A stretch of 64,000 nt of DNA from Polyangiaceae bacterium (GCA_965222375.1 CBDCTZ010000016.1:2304001-2368000); one strand, 5' to 3'; shown: positions 1-10,427, counted from the first letter of the stretch. The notes: generated by a model from the letters alone, not told the origin. Translations and numbers: made by a program.

Positions 1-487
1 TCAGGTACACCAGGCGCTGATAGGTTGGAAAAAGCTCCGTGAAGGGGTCGTCTCGAAAGCCCAAGGCCTGTCCCGCCAGCTCACGGCGCCGTTGTTCCGA
101 GTAGCCCAGGGGTAGCTTGCGGTAGCGAAACCCCGCCCAGTCCATGAGTAGACCCCGCAAGAGTCCCGAGGGCAGACGTTGCTTGAAGTCGGTGTACAGA
201 ACGTCCTCGACGTGCTCCAGGTCCTCACGCAGCAGGCTCGCGTGGTCGTGGCCAATCTGCTCTGGGCTGCCCCTCAGTTCCACTGTACGCAGCTTCCCTA
301 CGTTCAGCACTCGACTACGACCGAGCATGTGCACTCCGTCGGCGGATTGGACCGCCCCTTCTCGAATCTCCACGCTGGGCGGGCTCATCCGTGAGCTCCA
401 GCGGGCTCCCGTGCGGATGACGATGCAGGTGAGCACCAGACCCGCAAGCGCCAGGCCGATGAACCGAACTCGGCGCGAGAGCTTCAT
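1..487 (-). CDS. C45-family autoproteolytic acyltransferase/hydrolase, 5' part (runs off the window edge)
   Basis: Manual translation from ATG 487, overlapping the GT2 stop: MKLSRRVRFIGLALAGLVL...LRGSPEQIGHDHASLL...FPTYQRLVYL; open to base 1; not in the ORF track. Confidence 0.6.
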   Translation of the reverse strand, partial: MKLSRRVRFIGLALAGLVLTCIVIRTGARWSSRMSPPSVEIREGAVQSADGVHMLGRSRVLNVGKLRTVELRGSPEQIGHDHASLLREDLEHVEDVLYTDFKQRLPSGLLRGLLMDWAGFRYRKLPLGYSEQRRRELAGQALGFRDDPFTELFPTYQRLVYL

Positions 488-1179
488 CGCGCGAGCTCAA
501 CCAGCGTGCTCATGACTCGCGCGACAATCCTGGCCGGATCGCGCCTGACACGAAAATGCGACACGTGTGCAGGGCCCTGCGGGTAGATGACCCGAACGGG
601 CTCCTGCACGATCGACAATCCGGCGTGGCACGCTCGCATCAGGACCTCCGCTTCGAAGGCGTAGCCATCGTCCCGGGCACCAAGCTCGAGGGTTGCTTGG
701 ACGGGATAGCGGCGCAGACCGCACTGCGTGTCCGTCAAACGTCGTCGCATGAACATCGACAGGACCATGTTCGAGAAGCGGTTCGAAAACCGGTTCGCGC
801 GAGGGGCGCCTGCAGCCGCCAAATCGCGGATACCAAGAACGAGGCTCTCCGCGGGCGCTGGCAACAGCGCCAATCGGACCGCCTCCTCGGGTGGGTGCTG
901 ACCGTCCGCGTCGACACTCACCACGGTGTCTGCGCCGGCTTCCAGGGCCTTGCGCAGGCCCGTCCGAAGCGCTGCCCCTTTTCCACGGTTTTCGGGCAGA
1001 CGGACGATCACGGCCGAGTTTACGGCTGCTGCCGCTCTCGTTCCGTCGCTAGAGCCGTCGTCAATGACCCAGATCTGTGCCTCATGGCCTGCAGTGGACG
1101 CTGCGGACTCGAGCTGGGCTACGACGTGGCCCACACTGGACTCTGCGTTGAACGCGGGCACCACGAAGCGGAGCAGCAT
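484..1179 (-). CDS. Glycosyltransferase family 2 (DPM synthase-like)
   Basis: VVPAFNAE, IDDGSSDGT, NRGKGAAL, VDADGQH, DTQCGLR motifs; start trimmed to ATG 1179. Confidence 0.9.
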   Translation of the reverse strand: MLLRFVVPAFNAESSVGHVVAQLESAASTAGHEAQIWVIDDGSSDGTRAAAAVNSAVIVRLPENRGKGAALRTGLRKALEAGADTVVSVDADGQHPPEEAVRLALLPAPAESLVLGIRDLAAAGAPRANRFSNRFSNMVLSMFMRRRLTDTQCGLRRYPVQATLELGARDDGYAFEAEVLMRACHAGLSIVQEPVRVIYPQGPAHVSHFRVRRDPARIVARVMSTLVELAR

Positions 1180-1292
1180 GACCGCCACGCAGCTTGCCAC
1201 GGGCGCGATGCAGGCTGCGCCGAAAACTTTGCGGCGAGAGGACCTGTGACCTTCGGGGACGCGTGCGTATGGTACCTTGGCTGACCTTCGAT

Positions 1293-1907
1293 ATGTCCCT
1301 GGACGAAGAAACCCTGCGCGTTCGCGTGAAGAGCCAGCTCCGCAAGCGACTACGCCAGTTACGCCAGGGTACGCCGCAGAAAGCTCTGGAATCTCGCAGT
1401 GCTCGGATCGTCGAGCACCTGCTGACCCTGAGCGCGTGGAGCACCGCAACGCGAGTCGCTCTGTTTTGGCCCATGAAGGGCAAACGAGAAGTGGACATCG
1501 GGCCAGCGGATGCCGCGGCCCGTGCCGCGAACAAGCGCGTGGCCTACCCCTTCATGAGGCCGAAAGATGGCGGGTACTCGACGGGTTTCGCTTGGGTGGA
1601 CAACCCAGAACAGCTAGCGGACCGCGGGCGTGGTTTTCCAGAGCCGCCGCCTTCCGCAGCTGTCGCCGAGGGCAATGAGCTGGACCTGATCGTCGTCCCG
1701 GCGCTGGGGGTAGCGCCCACGGGCCACCGCCTCGGTTTTGGCCGGGGCTGGTACGACGCGACTCTGGGCGAGTTTAGGCCTAGGGCCGTCTTGGTTGCGG
1801 TTGCCTTCGACTTCCAGATGCTGGTGGAACTACCCGCAGAGGAACACGATGTCGCGTGCGACTACGTCGTGACCGACGAGCGCATCATCGAGGTAGCTGC
1901 CTCTTGA
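1293..1907 (+). CDS. 5-formyltetrahydrofolate cyclo-ligase
   Basis: KSQLRKRL N-terminus, DLIVVPALG, RLGFGRGWYD, HDVACDYVVT. Confidence 0.9.
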   Translation: MSLDEETLRVRVKSQLRKRLRQLRQGTPQKALESRSARIVEHLLTLSAWSTATRVALFWPMKGKREVDIGPADAAARAANKRVAYPFMRPKDGGYSTGFAWVDNPEQLADRGRGFPEPPPSAAVAEGNELDLIVVPALGVAPTGHRLGFGRGWYDATLGEFRPRAVLVAVAFDFQMLVELPAEEHDVACDYVVTDERIIEVAAS

Positions 1908-1914
1908 TCTGCCA

Positions 1915-2409
1915 TTACCCCCGCTCGCGCTTTTCCAAGCAGCTGCGGCACGTGCCGTAGAGTTCGTGCTTGTGTTCCAGCACGTCGAACCCGTAGCGTG
2001 CCGCGATTTTTTCCTGCAGTTCTTCGATTGCTGGTGCCTCGAACTCGGTGATCTTGCCGCAGGTCAGGCAGATCAAGTGGTCATGGTGGGCCTCGTCATC
2101 AGCTAGTTCAAAGCGCGTGTAGCCGTCGCCGAAACGGTGTTCGACCACGATGCCGCTGTCCGCCAGCATTTTCAAAGTTCGATAGACCGTCGCGTAGCCT
2201 ATTCGCGCGTCTTTTGCGCGGACCAGCTCGAGCAGTTCGTCCACAGTGAGGTGTTCGCGCTGGTCGAAGAAAGCATCGATGATCGTTCGGCGCTGCTCGG
2301 TGGATCGCAGCCCCTTGCGGCTCATGTACGCGTCCAGTTCCTCGCGCAGTCGGTCGAGGTCCGGGGGACGCGCCTTTCGTCCCTGTTCTTTGGTCGCGGC
2401 GTCGGTCAC
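1915..2409 (-). CDS. fur: Fur-family transcriptional regulator
   Basis: HLTVDEL, IGYATVYRTL, HHDHLICLTCG, C-terminal CxxC. Confidence 0.9.
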   Translation of the reverse strand: MTDAATKEQGRKARPPDLDRLREELDAYMSRKGLRSTEQRRTIIDAFFDQREHLTVDELLELVRAKDARIGYATVYRTLKMLADSGIVVEHRFGDGYTRFELADDEAHHDHLICLTCGKITEFEAPAIEELQEKIAARYGFDVLEHKHELYGTCRSCLEKRERG

Positions 2410-2443
2410 CGTGACTCCTTCATCACTCCCGTACCGGCGGCGG

Positions 2444-4702
2444 TCAAGGGAGGCCGCCTTCGCCCGAATCTCGAGGGCGAAGCGCTGCCACCCCCGCAGC
2501 GGCCAATGCCAGCGCCGGTGCCAGCGCTGGCGGCAGCAGTGCGAATGCGACTCCTAGGGATGCCAGAGCGGCCGGGATGAACGCGATGCTCAACCCCGTT
2601 TTCGCCCGCCGCCGCGCTTCGTGAGCGAGCCTGAGCGCCATGGCGGCGTCTCGTACGTCGTCGGATGCGAGCTGCACGCTCCATTCAGCGCTGGTGCCTC
2701 CCGCGCTGCCGATCGCTACCGATACGCTCGCAGCAGACAGAGCCACATCATCGCTGGGGCTCGTTCCAATCACGGCCACGAGTGCGCCACCGTCGGCAAG
2801 GCGAGCCACCTCGTCGCCTCGCTCGGTGGGCAATACCTCAGGGCGAATATGCTCGACGTCGAGGGCGCGCCCAATCGCCTCGCAGGTCTCGCGAGCGTCC
2901 CCGGAGAGCAATACGGGTTCGATGCCCACATCCAAGAGGTGTTGAACGGCGGCGCGTGCACCCGGTCGCAGTCCATCTTGCATGCCCACGACGCCCACGA
3001 GGCGACCGCCCAGAGCGACCAGCATTACGCTCCGGCCGAGGGCCTCGAGCTCGGATATCTGCGGCTCGGCTAGCGCGACGCTAATGCGCTCTCGCAACAT
3101 CAGCGCCCGGCTGCCGACGACCAGCGGTTTGCCGTTCGACGCGATTGCGGATACGCCAAGCCCAGCTACGTGAGTCGGGCTTCGCACACCATCCGGGCGA
3201 ATGCCTCGAGCCCGTGCCGCCCTCTGAATAGCCGTGGCCACCGGATGAGTGGATCCCGCCTCCGCGCCGGCCATGAGGGCCAGCACGCGCTCGGCGTCCA
3301 CGTCGCCCAGCAACTCGATGTTGGTGACCTCGGGCTCTCCCAGGAGCAAGGTGCCGCGGGCGCAGAATGCCGCGACTCCGACCCGGCCAGCTTCGTCGAA
3401 GGCCTGGGCGGTGCGAAAAACGATACCTCGCCGCAGCGCAGCCAATACGGATTGGAGCATGGCCACCGCTCCGACCTGAGCCAACACTGCGTTGGCTAGA
3501 GTCGCCTGGGCAGCAACCGCAAAAAAGAGGATCGCCGCGCTGCTCTGGGCCTCCGCGTAGGCTGCCAAGGCGGCGAGACCCGCCGCGACGGGCGCGCCGC
3601 GCTCTGCGAGCAGCTTTCCCGCCCGAGCCAGGGGTGACATCAGGTCAGCCCTGCGGCGCGGGTCGGAGGTCAGACGGAGAAAAGCTCGATCGAATCCCGC
3701 CCAAGCAACAATGGCACGCAGCCGCCCGTCAGTCACTAGCGCGCTTGCGACCAGCGCGTCGCCTTCGCCTCGGGTGACGCTGCCACGGGAGCCCCACCAG
3801 GGGGCGACCGTCGCCGTGCCAGCGGTGATGGTCGCATCTACGGGGACGACTTCACCGGGTTCCACGACGATCTCCTCGCCGGGGCGGAGGTCCAAGGCGC
3901 GGGCTTCGACTACCTCGTCGCCGATCACACGATGAGCTGTTCCGTCCAAAAGGCTGACTAGCCCTTGGCGCTCGGCATCAAGCGGTCGACGCATGCGCTG
4001 CGCGAGCAGAATCGACGCGCCCGTACACGCCACCACAATCCCGCTTAGGGTCAGTCCCGAGCCGGCCTGGTCCGGGTCCGCAACACGCGCAAAAATGCAC
4101 CCAATCAGCGCCGCTGCCGGTGCCGCGAGCAAGGCGGCGGGGTGGGGTTCGCTCGCGTCTCTGCTCGCAGTGACGATATGAGCGCCCAGAGCGATCGTGC
4201 TGACCGCTGCGACGATCAGCCGGCTTGTGAGAGCCGCCCCGGAGTTGCCGGTTAGTACCAGCGCGACGGTCAGTAGGCCGCCGACCGCAGCCAGCGAGAG
4301 AAGCAGTGTGCCCGCTTCTTCGGTTCGCGGTGCAGCGCCGGCCAAATGCGCTCCGTCTAGCTCAGGAACTTCCTCGGTGACTACCGGCGCTTCCGCGCGT
4401 GCCACGCGATCAAGTGCCACGGCAGTTGGCAGACCCGCGGCTTGGGGGCTGGGCGCGCCCGCCGCTGCGGACAGCGGAGTGCGCACTCGCGGTCGCGGCT
4501 GCGGAATTGGCGTCGCCCGCGAGGGATCGTACTTCTGCCGGCACTCAGCGCTGCAGAAGTAGCGGAACCTGTCGAAGAAGATCGCCACCCGCGCCGCTCG
4601 CAAGGGATCCACCGGCCGGCCGCAGCTGGCGCAGGGCAGCGCTCCCGTGAAGCGGGGCTCCGGTGACATGCGCGGCGTATCGATCTGGCTACCCGCCTTC
4701 AC
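2444..4702 (-). CDS. Heavy-metal P1B-ATPase-like protein with N-terminal YHS/TRASH-like Cys motif; catalytic motifs degenerate
   Basis: CASC...YFCSAEC; PGEVVPVDA; STHPVATAI; LLSGD; DKTGT replaced by CARGT. Confidence 0.75.
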   Translation of the reverse strand: MKAGSQIDTPRMSPEPRFTGALPCASCGRPVDPLRAARVAIFFDRFRYFCSAECRQKYDPSRATPIPQPRPRVRTPLSAAAGAPSPQAAGLPTAVALDRVARAEAPVVTEEVPELDGAHLAGAAPRTEEAGTLLLSLAAVGGLLTVALVLTGNSGAALTSRLIVAAVSTIALGAHIVTASRDASEPHPAALLAAPAAALIGCIFARVADPDQAGSGLTLSGIVVACTGASILLAQRMRRPLDAERQGLVSLLDGTAHRVIGDEVVEARALDLRPGEEIVVEPGEVVPVDATITAGTATVAPWWGSRGSVTRGEGDALVASALVTDGRLRAIVAWAGFDRAFLRLTSDPRRRADLMSPLARAGKLLAERGAPVAAGLAALAAYAEAQSSAAILFFAVAAQATLANAVLAQVGAVAMLQSVLAALRRGIVFRTAQAFDEAGRVGVAAFCARGTLLLGEPEVTNIELLGDVDAERVLALMAGAEAGSTHPVATAIQRAARARGIRPDGVRSPTHVAGLGVSAIASNGKPLVVGSRALMLRERISVALAEPQISELEALGRSVMLVALGGRLVGVVGMQDGLRPGARAAVQHLLDVGIEPVLLSGDARETCEAIGRALDVEHIRPEVLPTERGDEVARLADGGALVAVIGTSPSDDVALSAASVSVAIGSAGGTSAEWSVQLASDDVRDAAMALRLAHEARRRAKTGLSIAFIPAALASLGVAFALLPPALAPALALAAAGVAALRPRDSGEGGLP

Positions 4703-5600
4703 TCAATGCCCACTCCAGCGCCGCTTTCGCAGTGTGCAGCCGCGCCTCCGCCTGATCCCAAACGAAGCTACGCTTCCCCTCCAGCACCTCTTCGTCGATC
4801 TCTTCGCCACGGTGAGCGGGAAGGCAGTGCAGTACGACGACTTCTTCGGCTGCCTGGCCGATCAGATCCGGCGTGAGCCGATAACCCTCGAACGCCTTGG
4901 CTCGGGCTTGGCTTTCCGCCTCCTGTCCCATGCTGGTGAACACATCCGTGCTCACCACGTCAGCCCCATCCGCCGCAGCAGCGGGATCCTTCACTACTTC
5001 GACCCGCGCGCCAAGGGCGGTGGCCGCCGCCAACACTTCGGGGTCGGGGCTGAACCCAGCCGGACACGCCAAGCGAAGATCCAACTTCAACAATCCAGCG
5101 GCTTCGATCCACGACGCCGCCATGTTGTTGCCATCGCCCACCCAGGCGTACTTCAAACCATCCAGTCTGCCGCGCACCCGGCGCACGGTCATCAGGTCCG
5201 CCAACAGCTGCATGGGGTGACTTGCATCCGTCAGTGCATTCAGCACCGGTACGGTGCTCCATTCGGCCATCTCGAGGAGACGCTCGTGCGCACTAGTGCG
5301 GAAGGTGATGCCGTGAACCATTCGTGAAAGCACGCGGGCGGTGTCTCGAATGGGCTCTCCACGCCCCATCTGGCTGCCTTGACTCGTGACCACGACGGGG
5401 TGCCCCCCGAGTTCGTGAACCGCGACCTCCAGAGAAATGCGCGTCCGTGTAGAGGCCTTTTCAAAGACCAAGGCGACGGACTTACCCTGGAGCAGCGAGG
5501 AGGTACTTCTTTGGCGTGACTTCTTGTATTCGTCAGCCTTGTCCAAAACGCCGACCAGCCCGGTGGGGCCCATATCGGACAGGGATAGGAAGTGCGGCAT
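4689..5600 (-). CDS. argF: Ornithine carbamoyltransferase
   Basis: FEKASTRTR, HPMQLLAD, GDGNNMA, HCLPAHRGEE; ATG 5600 coupled to the argD stop. Confidence 0.95.
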   Translation of the reverse strand: MPHFLSLSDMGPTGLVGVLDKADEYKKSRQRSTSSLLQGKSVALVFEKASTRTRISLEVAVHELGGHPVVVTSQGSQMGRGEPIRDTARVLSRMVHGITFRTSAHERLLEMAEWSTVPVLNALTDASHPMQLLADLMTVRRVRGRLDGLKYAWVGDGNNMAASWIEAAGLLKLDLRLACPAGFSPDPEVLAAATALGARVEVVKDPAAAADGADVVSTDVFTSMGQEAESQARAKAFEGYRLTPDLIGQAAEEVVVLHCLPAHRGEEIDEEVLEGKRSFVWDQAEARLHTAKAALEWALSEGG

Positions 5601-6799
5601 CAGAGCGCACCCAACACCTGATCCATTGCCGCAACACCTTCCTCGAGCTGTGCCTGCGTAATCACCAAAGCCGGGCTGAAACGAACTCCTTGCCCGCCGG
5701 CCAGAGTGACGAGCACGCCTTTGTCTCGAAGGGCTCCGAGCACCGCTCGGGCGTCGACTTCGGGCTTGAGAACAACAGCCCAAAGCAGTCCTCGGCCGCG
5801 AACCGTTGCAACGTGCTTGGCATGCTTTTGGGCCAGCTTTTCCAGTCGCTCGGCCAAGAATCCGCCCAGCTCTTCGGCATGCGCCATGAGGCCGTCATCC
5901 TCGAGTACCTGCAGGACGGTGAGAGCTGCCTGGGATGCCAAGGCGCTACCACCGAAAGTCGTTCCGTGGCTGCCTGGGGGCAACGCATCTTTCAGATGTT
6001 CTCCACACAACATTGCGCCGATGGGCACGCCACCGGCGAGCCCCTTTGCGAGGGTGACGGCGTCCGGCGTGATGTCGGCGTGGTGACAGGCAAGGAAGCG
6101 ACCCGTGCGACCGACGCCAGTTTGGATTTCGTCCGCAAGGAGCAGGGCGCCGTGCTCCTTGGTCAGCTTGCGCAGCCCGGCTAGAAAACCCTCCGGCGCC
6201 GGAATCACGCCACCTTCGCCCTGTACCGGCTCGACGACAATGCCCGCGACATCGGGGCCCATGGCGCGTTCAACGGCGGCCAGGTCTCCATAGGGCACGT
6301 GGGTCACTCCCGGCAGCGGGCCGAAGCCGTCCCGGTACTTGGCCTGACCCGTCAGCGCCAGGGCGCCCAAGGTCCGCCCGTGAAAGGAACTCTTGAAGGC
6401 GATCATCCGGAAGCGATCCGTCTCTCCCTTGGCGAAGAAGTGTCGGCGGCACATCTTCAACATGGCTTCCATCGCCTCCGTGCCGGAGTTGCAGAAGAAA
6501 GCGCGGGATAGCCCCGTGAGTTGGCAGAGCTTCTGCGCCAGCTGGATGTTCGGGGCGTTGTAGTAGTAGTTTGAAAGGTGAATCACCTTTGAGCTCTGAG
6601 ACCGGAGCGCCTCGACGAGCTTGGGGTGTGCGTGACCCAAGGTGCTGACCGCGATGCCCGCAAATAGATCCAGGTAGCGCTTGCCCGACTGATCCCAGAG
6701 CTCTACGCCCTTGCCGTGACTCATGATGAAATCCGGCTGGCGGTAGTTGGGGTAGAGGTACTTCTTGGCTGCCTCGATGAGCTCTTTCTCGCTGGACAT
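5600..6799 (-). CDS. argD: Acetylornithine aminotransferase (class III PLP)
   Basis: FCNSGTEA, FHGRT, EPVQGEGG, DEIQTGVGRTG, TLAKGLAGG; adjacent to argF. Confidence 0.92.
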   Translation of the reverse strand: MSSEKELIEAAKKYLYPNYRQPDFIMSHGKGVELWDQSGKRYLDLFAGIAVSTLGHAHPKLVEALRSQSSKVIHLSNYYYNAPNIQLAQKLCQLTGLSRAFFCNSGTEAMEAMLKMCRRHFFAKGETDRFRMIAFKSSFHGRTLGALALTGQAKYRDGFGPLPGVTHVPYGDLAAVERAMGPDVAGIVVEPVQGEGGVIPAPEGFLAGLRKLTKEHGALLLADEIQTGVGRTGRFLACHHADITPDAVTLAKGLAGGVPIGAMLCGEHLKDALPPGSHGTTFGGSALASQAALTVLQVLEDDGLMAHAEELGGFLAERLEKLAQKHAKHVATVRGRGLLWAVVLKPEVDARAVLGALRDKGVLVTLAGGQGVRFSPALVITQAQLEEGVAAMDQVLGAL

Positions 6800-6846
6800 G
6801 CCCGAGGACTAGCGCAGCGCACCGTCGGCGCCAATCTCCACGATTT

Positions 6847-7638
6847 CTAGGCGTCTCGCGCCTGAATCAGATGCTCCGCGAGTTCTACGAAGCCTGCGCT
6901 CCGCGGCGAGCGAGTGATGAAGCGCGGCGGGATACTCGGTCGGCCTCGCAGGTTGGCGACCGCCACACTGGTGCGAAAGGCTGCGAAACACGCGGCGTCA
7001 TTCTCGCTGTCTCCTACAAAGGCGTAGCGGGACAGTGCAGATGTCGAGTTCTCCTTCGCGACGCGCTGCAAAAAACTCACGCTGCCCGAGGCCTTATCCT
7101 GGCGGTCGAACGTAATATGCAAATGCACGCTGGATCGTTGGGTTTTCGCGCCGCGCCGCCGCGCGAAATCCATGATTTTTCGCGCCTCTGTGGGGGGTAC
7201 TTGGGCGTGCTCGCCGATGTCGAAGGTGTAGTCCGAGAGCCGGGCCGGGTTGTCGTCTGCGGCCTCCAGACCCGGAAAGGTCCGTCGGATTTCACTCGCC
7301 AGCGCCAGCAGTGCACGCCGGCGCTCAGCGCGCTGTGCAGCATCGAGGGTGTCCAAAGCGCGGACCCGACCGTCGAGCCGCGCAAAAGCCACGTTCCCGT
7401 TTTCCGTGATGGCACCGAGCAGTGGCCATTGGCGGCAGCTCAGTTCGCCCCACAGTGCCGGTCGCCCCGTGACGGCCACCAACGCAAGGCCCACCTCCCT
7501 CAGTCGGAACAGAGCGGAATACGCCTCTTGGTCCAAGCGCCCGCCGTCCAAGAAGGTGTCGTCCAGATCGAAGAGCAAGCCGCGAAGCCGCTTGGCTTCC
7601 TGTCTCGGCAGCTCGGTCAAGGTGCGCACACCCGCCAT
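6847..7638 (-). CDS. HAD-IIB family hydrolase
   Basis: FDLDDT, VTGR, K...GDSENDA. Confidence 0.85.
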   Translation of the reverse strand: MAGVRTLTELPRQEAKRLRGLLFDLDDTFLDGGRLDQEAYSALFRLREVGLALVAVTGRPALWGELSCRQWPLLGAITENGNVAFARLDGRVRALDTLDAAQRAERRRALLALASEIRRTFPGLEAADDNPARLSDYTFDIGEHAQVPPTEARKIMDFARRRGAKTQRSSVHLHITFDRQDKASGSVSFLQRVAKENSTSALSRYAFVGDSENDAACFAAFRTSVAVANLRGRPSIPPRFITRSPRSAGFVELAEHLIQARDA

Positions 7639-7707
7639 GCTGCGCGAAGAAACTCGGGGCGTAAACACGCGAAACGAACCGACGTGCTCCCGCCCCAGCG
7701 CTGCGCT

Positions 7708-9492
7708 ATGGTCAGTGGAGTGCAACCTGCGACGCTGTATCGGCTGACGCGGCGGTGCTGGCGGTGGCAGCTCGCGCTTGGTTGGCTCATTCGCGGGTTG
7801 GCGCTCGTCGCGCTGCTGGCGTGGCCAGCAGTCGCCTTCGCCGGGGGCCCGGACCCTTCGGGCGCTGGAACCGAGTCCTTCGAATCTCCTGGTGAAGTGC
7901 TCGTGGACCTGGAGGACGACACCGAAGAAGCTAGCTACAAGAGCCTATTTGCGGGTCTTGCCGTGGAAGTCCGGCCCACCGCGCTGTTCAAGCAGACTAG
8001 GCGTTTCGTCTTGCGCGCGGCTCCCACGCGGATGGACGAGCTGAGGCGCAAGCTGCAGGGGGACAGCCGGGTCGAAATCGTAGAGCCCAACCACCGAGTC
8101 CGCGCGCTGTTCGTACCCAACGATCCGATGCTCTCGGAGCAGTGGCACCTGAAACGGGTGCACGCCGAGCGAGCCTGGGACTTTTCCACTGGTCGGGGCG
8201 TGACAGTTGCAGTCGTAGATACTGGCATCGCCTGCGAGAGTTTTGGCCCGTTCACGAAGGCGAGCGACTTGGCGGAGACCAAGTGCGTTCGTGGTTTCGA
8301 CTTCATCAATCGGCGCAGTGAAGTTGCCGACGACCACGGTCATGGCACCCACGTAGCCGGCACCATCGCTCAGTCTACGGACAACGGAGTGGGAACCGCT
8401 GGGCTTGCGTTTGCGGCCAGGCTCATGCCCGTGAAGGTCCTCAATGGCATGGGTTGGGGAAGTTTTGCTTCTGTAGCTGACGGCATTCGTTTCGCCGCGG
8501 ATAACGGCGCCAACGTGATCAACCTGAGTCTGGGAGGGCCGTTCCCCTCTCGAGTGGTGGAAAAAGCCGTGCGCTACGCCCGGGGTCGCGGCGTGGTGGT
8601 GATCGCCGCAGCCGGCAACAGCGGTGGGTCCGTGGACTATCCCGGCGCCAGCAAGCACGTCGTCGGAGTGAGCGCCACGGATCCGAATGACAAGCTCGCC
8701 CCATTTTCGTCGCGGGGCACAGGCGTGGACATTGCCGCTCCCGGCGTTGGTGTCGTACAACAGTCGATCTGCGACGGCGGCAAAAACCACTGTGAGCTGT
8801 TCCCAAGTTGGAGTGGAACCAGCATGGCGGCACCTCACGTGGCCGGTACCGCCGCCTTGCTCGCGAGCATGGGAGTCACTCGACCCGAAGCGGTGGAGAA
8901 ACTGCTGCTGGGCACTGCGGTCCAAGTAGAAACTGGTCGAAAAGGCCGCGCCCATTTCGGTCGTGGAATCGTCGACGCAGGGGCGGCGGTCACCCGCGCC
9001 GCGCTCCGCAAGGTCCTGGCGCGCACTCTGGCCCTATCGCTGTTGATCTACCTCGTGTTTCGCTCGGTTCGACGCAAGGAGTCTCACTCTGCGTCACCCT
9101 GGCGGCCCGGCTTCTTGTTCACGGCGCTGTTGACCGGGCCTGGGCTGCTCTTCTTTGCGCCGTTGCTGTTGCCGCGCACCACTTGGGCAGTCGATTGGCT
9201 ATCGCGGCCTCTGGCCGATTGGGATTTGCTTTGGAGCGTTCAAGTGCATTCCGCGCTTCCCCTAGCCAACGTGTTCGTGCCGTTGGGGGTGACGCTGCTC
9301 TGCTTCGGAGTTCGAGGGATTCGTGGGCCTCTGGCTGGGCTTTGTCTCGGGACCGCGAGCTACCTGGTTGCTGAAGTCCTGCTGCAGGATCTTGCCTTCC
9401 CCCTGGGCAGCGTGGTTCTGACGATCTGGTGCGCGCTCAACGCGCTCCTATGCGCGGCTCTAGGCCGGCTGATCCTGCTTCGCCCCGCCTGA
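7708..9492 (+). CDS. S8 subtilisin-like serine protease with C-terminal membrane segments
   Basis: VAVVDTG, HGHGTHVAG, AAAGN, GTSMAAPHVAG; start trimmed from the 873-aa ORF and uncertain. Confidence 0.9.
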   Translation: MVSGVQPATLYRLTRRCWRWQLALGWLIRGLALVALLAWPAVAFAGGPDPSGAGTESFESPGEVLVDLEDDTEEASYKSLFAGLAVEVRPTALFKQTRRFVLRAAPTRMDELRRKLQGDSRVEIVEPNHRVRALFVPNDPMLSEQWHLKRVHAERAWDFSTGRGVTVAVVDTGIACESFGPFTKASDLAETKCVRGFDFINRRSEVADDHGHGTHVAGTIAQSTDNGVGTAGLAFAARLMPVKVLNGMGWGSFASVADGIRFAADNGANVINLSLGGPFPSRVVEKAVRYARGRGVVVIAAAGNSGGSVDYPGASKHVVGVSATDPNDKLAPFSSRGTGVDIAAPGVGVVQQSICDGGKNHCELFPSWSGTSMAAPHVAGTAALLASMGVTRPEAVEKLLLGTAVQVETGRKGRAHFGRGIVDAGAAVTRAALRKVLARTLALSLLIYLVFRSVRRKESHSASPWRPGFLFTALLTGPGLLFFAPLLLPRTTWAVDWLSRPLADWDLLWSVQVHSALPLANVFVPLGVTLLCFGVRGIRGPLAGLCLGTASYLVAEVLLQDLAFPLGSVVLTIWCALNALLCAALGRLILLRPA

Positions 9493-9627
9493 GTGTGTCG
9501 CTCAGCAAGCGCGGTTTGCCAAAACTCTTCGCGTTGCCTTTCTGGGGGTCGCGGGCTTGGGCCCCGCAGCTGCACTACTCCCGTGCGTTGTCTTGCATAT
9601 GCGACTGCGCTTGGGTTCTCGCTGCCG

Positions 9628-9975
9628 CTACGTGCAACACGGATTGCCGCTGCAGGGCGGCGTCAGATCGCATACGCCCGGGCCGAGGCAACAGGTGCCA
9701 GCGCTCGTTTTACATTTCGCGGGGCAACCCGCGGCGCCAGCCGCGCCACCTGTCGAGAAACCACCCGTGCCCGTCCCCCCGACGGCGCCAGACCCGCCAG
9801 TGCCCGAGCCCCCCGCCCCGAAGCCTCCGCTGCCGTTGGTCGGATCCGCGCAAGTGCCGTCTTCGCAGATGCGGTCTCCCTTGCACTCGTTGTCGTTCTT
9901 GCAGCCGTCTTCTTCTGCGGAGCAGGAGGCCCCCAGCAGGATCAAGGCCAAGGCCGCAATTCTGAAACGGCTCAC
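9628..9975 (-). CDS. Small Gly/Cys-rich lipoprotein
   Basis: Signal peptide with lipobox-like ASC, Cys clusters around a Gly linker. Confidence 0.6.
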   Translation of the reverse strand: MSRFRIAALALILLGASCSAEEDGCKNDNECKGDRICEDGTCADPTNGSGGFGAGGSGTGGSGAVGGTGTGGFSTGGAAGAAGCPAKCKTSAGTCCLGPGVCDLTPPCSGNPCCT

Positions 9976-10379
9976 TCGCCTTCCCCGCTGGTGAGCTGGG
10001 CTTCCGCGTGTTCGTGAGCGTCAAAGGTCTCGAGGGTCGCTCCGATTCGTTCCACGAGTTGCCCCAGGGGCGCTTCCGCGGCGTCCGTGACTAATGCGTC
10101 GAAGTCCTTGCGCAGGACAGCGTGTTGCCCCCGAAGCTCCTCTGCCACGTCACGGAGCTCGGGGCGGTCCCGAACGAGATCTGCCAGGTAGCCGCCCTCT
10201 TCTTCGCTGGCAAAGTGGCCGAGTAGGAGCTCGCGCAGGGATTCCAATTCGTGGCGTAGAACCCCTCGCAGCCGCGCCTCGGGCAAGACACCTCGTGGTG
10301 CCGAAATGATGACGTGTAGTCGGTCCGCGCTGCGTCGCAGCGGCACCGAGGGCGCAAGTTCCTCTAACCCTGTGCTCAC
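9972..10379 (-). CDS. Hemerythrin-like (HHE) domain protein
   Basis: HFASEE...QH...HEHAE pattern. Confidence 0.7.
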   Translation of the reverse strand: MSTGLEELAPSVPLRRSADRLHVIISAPRGVLPEARLRGVLRHELESLRELLLGHFASEEEGGYLADLVRDRPELRDVAEELRGQHAVLRKDFDALVTDAAEAPLGQLVERIGATLETFDAHEHAEAQLTSGEGE

Positions 10380-10427
10380 AGCCCAAGGCTAGATCGCGTC
10401 AGCGAATGTACAAGGGGAAGCGACGTG

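Noticed and set aside
6871..7707. N-terminal 279 aa of the 873-aa S8 ORF
   Set aside because: It is antisense to the HAD hydrolase gene, and the signal peptide begins after 7708
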